Source: Candidatus Heimdallarchaeota archaeon (GTDB taxonomy: Archaea > Asgardarchaeota > Heimdallarchaeia > Hodarchaeales > Hodarchaeaceae). From it: a stretch of DNA of 64,000 nucleotides. A model generated the notes under the pieces. The model was not told the DNA's origin. It did not search any database and saw only the letters and a list, made by a program, of their open reading frames with translations. Below are positions 56,152-64,000 of the stretch, one piece after another; within the stretch, counting starts at the first letter, position 1; every line of letters begins with the position of its first letter. The translations under genes and the position numbers were made by a program. Location of the stretch: contig CP070695.1 in NCBI GenBank assembly GCA_020353515.1, positions 1,303,637 to 1,367,636 of the forward strand, read 5' to 3'.

Positions 56152-57855
56152 GTGATGGAAAAAAGCGATATACATGAATCTATACGTCAAAGTTCTCTTA
56201 AAAGACTCGAAGTAGATGATCACGAATTAGAAGAATGGTTAACATTAGCTGATTTTCCTGAAGATACACGAGTGAACCTGACCCCTCGTGGTCGTAGGTT
56301 TATATTTCAAAAAGATATTGTTTTAAAGAGTCTTGAACCAGTAGTTAGTCGTGCACAATGGTCACGCTATCGTTCTAATCCCGAAATGTCAATTCCTCTT
56401 TCTACAATACGGCTTTTAGTCGAAAATAAACGCGAATTATTCATGACATCGTTTACAGTAACAACGATTGGCACTAAGAAAAATCTCCTTCCTATTAAGT
56501 TGCCTATTAAAACTAAGAGTAATTCTCTTACTAAACTCTTAGCATTACTTGCTTTATCAAAAAACGTTTTTCTAACTGGTACTTATCAAACAAAAGATAA
56601 AAAACAGGTGGAAAGACTTATAGAGACCTTTGATTCAATATTTGATGTTCATCTCTGTCCTGAAGGTGAGATTACTCAGAATCAAAGAGGATTTTATGTT
56701 AAAATCCCGGTGCAAATATGTTCTGCTATAGTTAAAGCATTCACTGGAGATTTTCAAGCGAGTAACCAAGATATAATTCGTTCTATTATAAAATGTCAAG
56801 ATGAAAAAGATATAGTTGATTTTGTTATCACCTGGCTTAAATTTTCAAGAAATTATAGCGATCAAGAACATATCTATAAATTTCGGGTTAATGACGAGAC
56901 TCGAGAGTTAATCAAACTTATTGAAAAGATTGGCGTCAAATATAATGATGGGATGATCAGAGGGAAGATCAAAGATAGTAGCAATATTCAGAGTAATATT
57001 CCTGTTTATCTAATCCCTAATAATGAAGATAATAGAGTTATTTTAAGTGCTCATTCTTCTCGAGGGGAACGACTTCAAGCGAAAATTCAAAACCAAGAAG
57101 CGTGGATTGAAGAGCTAAAAGTTATCAAAGAAGATCTTGAGAACAAACTAGAACGAGTAACAGCAAGTAGTAATGAAAGTTTAACTTGGTCCCGTGCTGT
57201 AGACGAGCGAGACAGAGAGAATCTTACAGAAAAATTAGAGGAATTCGATCGGATTCTTCAAAAGACTCGTCGTGAAACTGCGGAATTAAAACGGATTTTA
57301 AATGAAAGTGATATGATTACTTCTGATGAATCAATAACCATTGACGATATGACAGATCCAAACGTAATTGATGGTCTTGATCGTTTACGAAAGGAAGTTG
57401 ATCGGTTAAAAGAACAATTATCTGAAATCAGTCGTTCACCAGGTCCTACTAAGGAATTAAGCTATAAGGTAACCCAAGAAATTACTATGAAATCTGAGCC
57501 CAGATCTCTCCTATCCATCGATTCTGAGCCTCAAGCATTATTAAAAACCTTTTTAGCTCATCCTGATAATTGGATTTTATTCATATTGAGTACTAAACAG
57601 GCTCTTTCTCATGAACAGATCCGAAATATCTTGGGAATTCCTTTAGAAAAACGAATGGATCTACATAAGCGACTCAATGATTTTGTAGACAGGAAAATTC
57701 TGAAAGTTGAAATTTCACCTGATGGAGAAGAACTCTATAGAATAGATAGATGGCAACAATCTGATCTCATAAGTGGTTATATTACAACACTTTTAGGGAA
57801 TAAGGAGATTGTCCCCTTAGAAATACGGCAACTAATTCGGAATGTTTTACGTTAA
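56152..57855 (+). CDS. Hypothetical protein: degenerate LAGLIDADG-like region, coiled coil, C-terminal winged helix
   Basis: 567-aa ORF; pattern resemblance to intein-type LAGLIDADG domains without the catalytic acidic residues; heptad region ~aa 305-430; wH-like C-terminus. Confidence 0.7.
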   Translation: MMEKSDIHESIRQSSLKRLEVDDHELEEWLTLADFPEDTRVNLTPRGRRFIFQKDIVLKSLEPVVSRAQWSRYRSNPEMSIPLSTIRLLVENKRELFMTSFTVTTIGTKKNLLPIKLPIKTKSNSLTKLLALLALSKNVFLTGTYQTKDKKQVERLIETFDSIFDVHLCPEGEITQNQRGFYVKIPVQICSAIVKAFTGDFQASNQDIIRSIIKCQDEKDIVDFVITWLKFSRNYSDQEHIYKFRVNDETRELIKLIEKIGVKYNDGMIRGKIKDSSNIQSNIPVYLIPNNEDNRVILSAHSSRGERLQAKIQNQEAWIEELKVIKEDLENKLERVTASSNESLTWSRAVDERDRENLTEKLEEFDRILQKTRRETAELKRILNESDMITSDESITIDDMTDPNVIDGLDRLRKEVDRLKEQLSEISRSPGPTKELSYKVTQEITMKSEPRSLLSIDSEPQALLKTFLAHPDNWILFILSTKQALSHEQIRNILGIPLEKRMDLHKRLNDFVDRKILKVEISPDGEELYRIDRWQQSDLISGYITTLLGNKEIVPLEIRQLIRNVLR

Positions 57856-57861
57856 TCTGGT

Positions 57862-58230
57862 TTAAAGTTCGTCAATGACTTTCAAAGCTTTTAGTAGTTG
57901 TTCTTTGTCATCTTTACTTTTTTCGGTTAAGCCAATAGCTGGTGATCTTTCTTGGAACTTTTCAATTTCTGGGATTTGTACTTCTTTTTGGAAAGGTTGA
58001 GGTTGTATAGAAGGTTTAATAACTGAGCTAGTGCTTTCTTCAGATTGAGGAAAAGGAGAAGTACTTAACGGGGGAATTCTTTCAAGTTTTTCTTTAATAT
58101 TAAGAATTTCCAATTGTAAGCTTTCGATTTTCTTATTTTGTTCTTGGATTTGGTCTCTAAGCAGTTTTGCAACCTTGGTAAGAGTCTGTATCTTTTTAGC
58201 ATTTGTTTCAATAGATAATTCTGTAGCCAT
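57862..58230 (-). CDS. Hypothetical coiled-coil protein with Pro/Ser linker and C-terminal amphipathic helix
   Basis: Heptad N-terminus (aa ~5-52), P/S/Q-rich linker, ends DDKEQLLKALKVIDEL. Confidence 0.7.
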   Translation of the reverse strand: MATELSIETNAKKIQTLTKVAKLLRDQIQEQNKKIESLQLEILNIKEKLERIPPLSTSPFPQSEESTSSVIKPSIQPQPFQKEVQIPEIEKFQERSPAIGLTEKSKDDKEQLLKALKVIDEL

Positions 58231-58386
58231 TTTGAATCACATACAAAAAAAACTTAATTGAATTGATTCGATATAATAATTGACATCAAAGTTATAAGGA
58301 TTTAACTAAATATTTTTTTTGATTTAATGAAGAATAATTTGAAGTTAATCATTTAAGAGCTCATTATACGGTTTACGTGATAAGAC

Positions 58387-60918
58387 ATGACTCATTATCC
58401 ACATAATTCACTGTTTCCAGAAACAGATTATTTTGTTCTGAGTACAGTATATGATGCGGAAACAAATGGTGCTGGAATCAAATTATTTGATGTTGAAAGG
58501 AAAAAAGTGATATATACCACCGATACATACGGTCATGAGCCGTATTGCTATAGCTATGAACCTCTCGAAAAGATACAAGCCTTAAATTTTCCTCCTGAAA
58601 CGGTAAAAAGAATTGAGACTATAAAAAAGAGAAATCTACTAAAAGAAAGTGAAGATCCTCTCACTAAAATTATTACTCCCACTCCAAGTGAGGTTCCTAA
58701 AGTTAGAGACATTGTTGGGGAAACTTGGGAATCTAGAATCAAGTATCATCGGAATTGGATTTATGATATTCAAATTGTCCCTGGACGAAGGTACTGGTGG
58801 GATCCTGATCAAAATAAATTTATCCCTTCTCAAAGCAAAAGCCATGGTTTAGATATTCCAAAATCAGTGAATAACCAATTATCAAAATATTCTGGTCTCC
58901 TTGAGGTTTTCCGTGATGATTTTATCCAAGAAATTCCTGATATGCCAATAGTTGCTTGTGACATCGAAACAGAGTCAATAGAGGGACAAATTCCTCAAGC
59001 AGCTGATCCAAAATATCCAATAATTTGTATTTGTTTCGCTGATAATCAAGGAAAAGAAATTGCTTTAGTATTAAATCGGAAAGAGAGAAATAAAGGGATT
59101 AAACCCATCGACACATCACCTCATCTCCAAGTTGAGAGGTTTGATGCTGAGGAGGATCTCTTAAAACGAAGTTTCGAAATTTTAAAGCAATATACGATTA
59201 TCACAACCTTTAATGGAGATAATTTTGATTTTCCATACCTTCATGAACGCGCAAAAAAGCTGGCAAAAGATCTAAAAATTAGGATCTACAGCCCTATTAA
59301 ATGGAATCGTCGAGATAAAAGCTGTGATTTCAAGTTTGGTTTGCATCTAGATCTCTACAGATTCTATCATAATGTTGCTATTCGGACATATGCGTTTGGA
59401 AATCGATATCAAGAAGAAACTTTGGATGCTATCGCTCAAGGAATATTAGGGATTGGAAAAGTAGCACTTGAAAAAGCAATTTTTGATTTATCTGAATGGG
59501 ATCTGGTTTATTACTGCTCGAGAGACGCAAAAATTACTTTAGATCTACTCTTATTTGAAAATAAAACCCCATTAAATCTGATATTCATTTTATCCAGAAT
59601 CTCTAGAACACCAATTGATAATCTAGTCCGCACCAGTGTATCAAACTGGGTAAAAAGCCTATTTTTCTATGAACATAGGCGACGCGGTTGTCTCATTCCA
59701 AATCAAGAGGATATTCAAATAATAAAAGGCACACAGGCTAGTTCCAAAGCAATAATTAAAGGAAAGAAATACAAAGGTGCAACAGTGATTGATCCCGTCC
59801 CTGGTATTCATTTTAATGTAGCTGTTCTCGATTTCGCCTCCTTATACCCATCCATAATATCAACCTTTAATCTGAGTTATGAGACGCTTCTATGTAGTCA
59901 CGAAGAATGTCAAAAGAATAAGGTCCCTCAAACGGGATACTGGGTATGTGAACATAATCGCGGGATAGTAGCGGATGTTATCGGTTTTATAAAGGATGTC
60001 AGGGTTCAATGGTTAAAACCAGAAGCAAAAAAAGAGAGTTCGCAAAAAGAGTTTTATCAAATCTTAGAGAGAAGTCTGAAAGTCCTCATTAATGCCTCCT
60101 ATGGAGTTCTTGGGAGCGATAGATTTCAATTTTATTGTCTCCCTGTTGCTGATGCTACAACCGCATATGGTCGTGATGCTATCGAAAAAGCTATCCAAAA
60201 ATCCCAAGCTCTAGACATCAGTGTATTATATGGAGATACTGACAGTCTCTTTCTTCATAATCCTACTAAAGAACAGATAAATGAGATTATCAAATGGAGT
60301 AAGGAAGAACTTGGCGTAGGGTTAGAAATGGAGAAAATTTATCGCTATTTAGTATTTTCAGAGCGAAAAAAGAATTATTTTGGAGTATACCCTGACTCTA
60401 GTGTTGAAGTAAAGGGATTAATGGGAAAAAAGAGAAATACCCCTTCTTTTTTACAAAAAGGATTCAGGGAGGTTTTAGCTATTCTAGCTCAAGTTACAAC
60501 TAAAGAAGAGTTTGATGAAGCGAAAAAACAAGTCATTAATCTGATCCGTGGTATCTATCAGAAATTAGAGAAAAAACAGTATTCAGCAGCAGAATTAGCA
60601 ATTACTACCCAACTTACCCAGCCCTTACATCGTTATAAAGTCCAAGCTCAGCATGTTAAGGCAGCAAATCAATTAAATGAATATTACAAAAAAAAGAACA
60701 TCGATCTAGTGAAAGCTGGTCAATTGATTCGCTTTATTAAAACCAGGACAACGGATCGTGTCACTCCTCTTCTTTTGATGACGGATATTTCCAAAGTCGA
60801 CGTGAAAGCATACAAATCAATGATAGACTCGACCTTTGATCAATTATTTGGGGCACTAGATATTGAAGTAGAGGAGATTGCGACAGGTCAGGTAAATCTA
60901 ATGGAATTCTTTAGCTAG
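58387..60918 (+). CDS. polB: Family B DNA polymerase (PolB1-like) with C-terminal PIP box
   Basis: Exonuclease DIET, FNGDNFD, Y...DA; YKGA, DFASLYPS, K...NASYG, YGDTDS; ends QVNLMEFF; no intein. Confidence 0.95.
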   Translation: MTHYPHNSLFPETDYFVLSTVYDAETNGAGIKLFDVERKKVIYTTDTYGHEPYCYSYEPLEKIQALNFPPETVKRIETIKKRNLLKESEDPLTKIITPTPSEVPKVRDIVGETWESRIKYHRNWIYDIQIVPGRRYWWDPDQNKFIPSQSKSHGLDIPKSVNNQLSKYSGLLEVFRDDFIQEIPDMPIVACDIETESIEGQIPQAADPKYPIICICFADNQGKEIALVLNRKERNKGIKPIDTSPHLQVERFDAEEDLLKRSFEILKQYTIITTFNGDNFDFPYLHERAKKLAKDLKIRIYSPIKWNRRDKSCDFKFGLHLDLYRFYHNVAIRTYAFGNRYQEETLDAIAQGILGIGKVALEKAIFDLSEWDLVYYCSRDAKITLDLLLFENKTPLNLIFILSRISRTPIDNLVRTSVSNWVKSLFFYEHRRRGCLIPNQEDIQIIKGTQASSKAIIKGKKYKGATVIDPVPGIHFNVAVLDFASLYPSIISTFNLSYETLLCSHEECQKNKVPQTGYWVCEHNRGIVADVIGFIKDVRVQWLKPEAKKESSQKEFYQILERSLKVLINASYGVLGSDRFQFYCLPVADATTAYGRDAIEKAIQKSQALDISVLYGDTDSLFLHNPTKEQINEIIKWSKEELGVGLEMEKIYRYLVFSERKKNYFGVYPDSSVEVKGLMGKKRNTPSFLQKGFREVLAILAQVTTKEEFDEAKKQVINLIRGIYQKLEKKQYSAAELAITTQLTQPLHRYKVQAQHVKAANQLNEYYKKKNIDLVKAGQLIRFIKTRTTDRVTPLLLMTDISKVDVKAYKSMIDSTFDQLFGALDIEVEEIATGQVNLMEFFS

Positions 60919-62294
60919 TCGTAATACTTTCCAAGTTTAAAGATAGAGAATCCTTCAGTTTGATTCAAGTGGGGAAAAAGACGCTGAGCAAGAGGGAACT
61001 CGGGGCTAGGCGTACCAATGAAGATTTTCTGTTTTTGTAAGTAAAATTCAGGATGATCTCTTAAGAATCGTTGAATAACTGATTCATTTTCAATAGGATG
61101 AAGAGAGCAGGTAGCATATACCAAGGAAGCACTTGGGCTATTTTTGAGCTTGATAGAAATGTTTGATAGTAGAGAGTACTGTAAATTGCTCAACCATTTG
61201 GTTTGGTGACGATCTACACGCCATTTGGCGTCGGGTCGGGATGCAAAGGTTCCTGATCCAGAACAGGGAGCATCAACAAGGATTTTATCAAATTTAAGTT
61301 GTAAATTCAATCTCAATCGTAGATCATAGAGTAATGGTGAGATACTGTTTAGCATAAAGAGTTTAACCTTAGTTACTAATTCAGATAACCTTCTAAAGTG
61401 ATTATCGATAGCAATAATTCTTCCAGAATCCTCTTGTAACGCTGCAATGTGAAAAGTTTTTCCACCAGGAGCAGCACAAGCATCCAACACTGTTTCTCCT
61501 TTTTGTGGATCCAATATGTGAGATACTAATGCTGATCCTTTGTTTTGCATGTAATAATATCCTTTGGCGAAGGAACTAAGTCGTGGAATTGGTATCTTCC
61601 AAGAAGTGACTTTCACAACATCAAAGAGATGCGAATCTTGTTCGATTTCTACTTCTTCTTCTCTTAATTTGTCGATAATTTCTACTTTCTCATAATTCAA
61701 TAAATTCAGTCTTAAATAAACAGGTTGGATAATGTTATTTGACTTTAAGAGTTTTAGAGTGGTTTCTAATCCATAGTAGGAGATCCAGTCACGCACAAGC
61801 CATGTCGGGTGAGAATATTCTACTGATATCCTTTCTTCTGGATCTTCTATTGTCAAGAGGAATGAATCAAAATTCCAATTTTTTAGATTCTCAAAGTAAT
61901 TTTCAAGCAAAGACAATAATTTTGAGTCTTGAATTGAACTAAGAGTGAATTCTTGGATTTCTTCCTGAAAATGAGGACTTTTAAAATCCGATGATATAGT
62001 TAAACAATATGTAACAACACGTAAAAGGTTTCTTAGGTTTAATGAGATTTTATTTGAGAGAAAGCGCTGAAAGTGGATGTGGATGACTCGGTTGAGTACG
62101 TTTTGATATCGTACGGTTTCAAACACCAATGCGTGGATAAGAGAATAAATATCTGGAGTAATATTGTCAAAGAATTCCGGGAGAATTTTCATAGCATTTC
62201 TTAGGGATACTTGCTTTTCTTCATAATACGAAATTATGGTAGCTGCTGCATCTATAATGGTTAGACGATTTTTTGGATCACTTGAAAGGATCAA
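60915..62294 (-). CDS. RsmB/NOP2 family RNA m5C methyltransferase with NusB-like N-terminus
   Basis: YSHPTWL, DACAAPGGKT, DAPCSGSG, YATCS...ENE. Confidence 0.92.
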   Translation of the reverse strand: MILSSDPKNRLTIIDAAATIISYYEEKQVSLRNAMKILPEFFDNITPDIYSLIHALVFETVRYQNVLNRVIHIHFQRFLSNKISLNLRNLLRVVTYCLTISSDFKSPHFQEEIQEFTLSSIQDSKLLSLLENYFENLKNWNFDSFLLTIEDPEERISVEYSHPTWLVRDWISYYGLETTLKLLKSNNIIQPVYLRLNLLNYEKVEIIDKLREEEVEIEQDSHLFDVVKVTSWKIPIPRLSSFAKGYYYMQNKGSALVSHILDPQKGETVLDACAAPGGKTFHIAALQEDSGRIIAIDNHFRRLSELVTKVKLFMLNSISPLLYDLRLRLNLQLKFDKILVDAPCSGSGTFASRPDAKWRVDRHQTKWLSNLQYSLLSNISIKLKNSPSASLVYATCSLHPIENESVIQRFLRDHPEFYLQKQKIFIGTPSPEFPLAQRLFPHLNQTEGFSIFKLGKYYD

Positions 62295-62304
62295 CTAATC
62301 TCAT

Positions 62305-63411
62305 CTATCCTCTACAATTATTTTTCCTTCTGAGCAATTTTCCGTCATGTAGTATTCCCTCAAAGGTTGTCCCCTCAGAAAAATCGACAACTTCTGAAGA
62401 ATCGATGAATGTGATTTCGAAAGTCTTTGTATTCATGATTTGAGCCAACGTTCCTTCCTCTTCGAAATTCACTAATTGATATTGTTGAGCTTCTTTTTCC
62501 AAATCTTTCAGATCAGCAGTCAAAAACGATTTTACTGGAATTCTTTCTTTGTCTTTTTTGCTGAAATCCCAATATTCCACCTTTGAGTTATATTTTATAA
62601 TTTGAATCGGTTGGTGGTTATATAATAGTATATCTCCTGAATCGAATCGCGGCATAGTAATTAGTACAACTGGTTTACGAGGATATTCTTTGGATTTAGA
62701 TTTATCAAACCCCGCAAATTCTGTGGTCACACTAATGATCCCGCCGTGTTTTTTAGCAAATTCTCGACCTATTGAATTTGCAGCTGGTTTTGATTGAAAA
62801 AGGGCATCAATCCCGGATTTTAAGAAATTAATCTTAGAAAGCGGATTTTTTCTATGAATTTGGGGATGAGATTGACTTATACTTTCAATTTCATCACTCC
62901 ACGATTCAAGTTGGTGAGTGGTTACTTCTTTTGAAGAACGAATTTGAATTTTTGACATATAGGATCCTGTAAGGCGAGTACGACACTCTGTGCATTCTCC
63001 CCATTCAATAAGTATTGTAAAATCTTCTGAAATTGTCATCAGAGGGACAAAAACGTCAGGACTTGCACTAATGTCCACTAAACCAGTAATTATAGACTTA
63101 TAGCTCACTTCATCTAAATGAATGTTCAATTCTCGAATAGAAAATTCTTTTGGTCGGTAATAAAAGCTCCATTCTTGGGAAAAAAGGATAGAAAGTCTAG
63201 CATTTGCATCAGGTTTTCCTAAATCGGCCAAATAGAAATTAGACCAGTTTCCTTTTATAGATAGTAATTCACATCTCTCACAGACGGTAATGTACATCTC
63301 TCTCTTTTGTTGTAAAATAGGATGACTTTCTAAATAGCACTTTTGACATAAATGACCAAAGAAAATTTCAGATGAACCGCATGAAATGCAAATAGATGCC
63401 AACTTACCCAA
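62305..63411 (-). CDS. nmd3: NMD3 family ribosome biogenesis protein
   Basis: Four CxxC pairs, GSYMSKIQIR, GID, C-terminal OB-like region (AQIMNTKTFE). Confidence 0.85.
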   Translation of the reverse strand: MGKLASICISCGSSEIFFGHLCQKCYLESHPILQQKREMYITVCERCELLSIKGNWSNFYLADLGKPDANARLSILFSQEWSFYYRPKEFSIRELNIHLDEVSYKSIITGLVDISASPDVFVPLMTISEDFTILIEWGECTECRTRLTGSYMSKIQIRSSKEVTTHQLESWSDEIESISQSHPQIHRKNPLSKINFLKSGIDALFQSKPAANSIGREFAKKHGGIISVTTEFAGFDKSKSKEYPRKPVVLITMPRFDSGDILLYNHQPIQIIKYNSKVEYWDFSKKDKERIPVKSFLTADLKDLEKEAQQYQLVNFEEEGTLAQIMNTKTFEITFIDSSEVVDFSEGTTFEGILHDGKLLRRKNNCRG

Positions 63412-63429
63412 TGAAGAGTCCTCTAATGC

Positions 63430-63807
63430 TTAAATAGGGGGGATAGAGAATATTAACAAATGTGGGATTTTCTTACCTTCCGATGTAGTAAACCAGATGA
63501 TGGCATCTTCATTAATGAGATTTTCCTTGATACCAAGTTCGAGTACTGAACCTACAGCATTGACATTCGCATAATTTCGTAATAAACGTAGAGCATCATC
63601 TGCTGAAATCTCCTGTCCACGGTAAAAATCAATTGGAATTCTCATTCGTGCCTTTTCGTTAAATAATTCTTGACCTAACAGGGATTCATCACATAAAGCG
63701 AGAATTTCGGTTCTATTTTTCCGATGAATCTTGAAAAACACTCGAGTAGATGATGAAGTGTACTGAGAAGAGTTATTTAACCGCGACACGGGCACCACAT
63801 GCTTCAC
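63430..63807 (-). CDS. DUF424 family protein
   Basis: ILALCDESLLG, FYRG, N.VG, IPH. Confidence 0.8.
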   Translation of the reverse strand: MKHVVPVSRLNNSSQYTSSSTRVFFKIHRKNRTEILALCDESLLGQELFNEKARMRIPIDFYRGQEISADDALRLLRNYANVNAVGSVLELGIKENLINEDAIIWFTTSEGKKIPHLLIFSIPPI

Positions 63808-64000
63808 AGACTTTTATTAATATACGTCCCTCTTTAATAAGCTTTGTATCTGGTTTTCCACATTCTTCACATAGAACAAAATCTTTCACATAAGCTTCTA
63901 ACTCTCGATTTATCAATGCACTAGAGAACTTACCCTGTAAGCATAATCGGCCTCTCTCTTCAGTTGAAGATGTAGCAAATTCTCTTGCTAAGTGTTTAGA

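Noticed and set aside
58387-60918. Intein in polB
   Set aside because: Normal length with contiguous polymerase motifs.
650-61942. Numerous short overlapping or antisense ORFs in the track (e.g. 650-976, 3009-3236, 15042-15395, 21839-22459, 33327-33677, 43831-44016, 49458-49898)
   Set aside because: Nearly all lie opposite or within well-supported genes, and none has recognisable motifs.
1-64000. CRISPR arrays, transposases, integrases, tRNA-derived att duplications, rRNA, selenoprotein read-through
   Set aside because: None seen. The identical 3' halves of the two tRNA-Leu genes belong to complete, oppositely oriented genes flanking core genes, not an attL/attR pair.

Overview
AT-rich (roughly one-third GC by eye), gene-dense archaeal chromosome segment made almost entirely of housekeeping genes. 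These cover translation (uL2, uL3, uL4, uL23, eL14, uS4, uS11, uS13, eS8, eS24, eS31, an unannotated 22-aa eL41/eS32, NMD3, KEOPS Kae1/Bud32), RNA modification (Cbf5, Gar1, Nop5, fibrillarin, SPOUT, RsmB/NOP2), transcription (TFB and TBP head-to-head, TFS, Rpo7, Spt4, Rpo8), replication and repair (PolB1-like, RPA32- and RPA14-like, PINA), membrane biogenesis (Sec61beta, TRAP-beta-like, Get3, an archaeosortase, a site-2 protease), lipid and cofactor enzymes, and a K+-independent H+-PPase. The eukaryote-like components (RING finger, TRAP-beta-like protein, Rpo8, polyproline proteins) suggest an Asgard archaeon, possibly Heimdallarchaeia; this is inference. There are four tRNA genes. Three carry introns, including a two-intron tRNA-Thr and two introns at non-canonical positions, which fits the (alpha-beta)2-type splicing endonuclease with a broad-specificity loop encoded in the window. 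I saw no mobile element, CRISPR array or rRNA. The best candidates for undescribed biology are: (1) three unlinked proteins with a Pro-rich linker and a shared WH2-like C-terminal helix, one of them a 10-TM repeat membrane protein; (2) an apparently domesticated, catalytically dead LAGLIDADG/coiled-coil/winged-helix protein; (3) ATT and CTG translation starts behind strong SD sequences; (4) a palindromic triple-TATA array between tfb and tbp. All family calls come from motif recognition by eye; no database searches were run.
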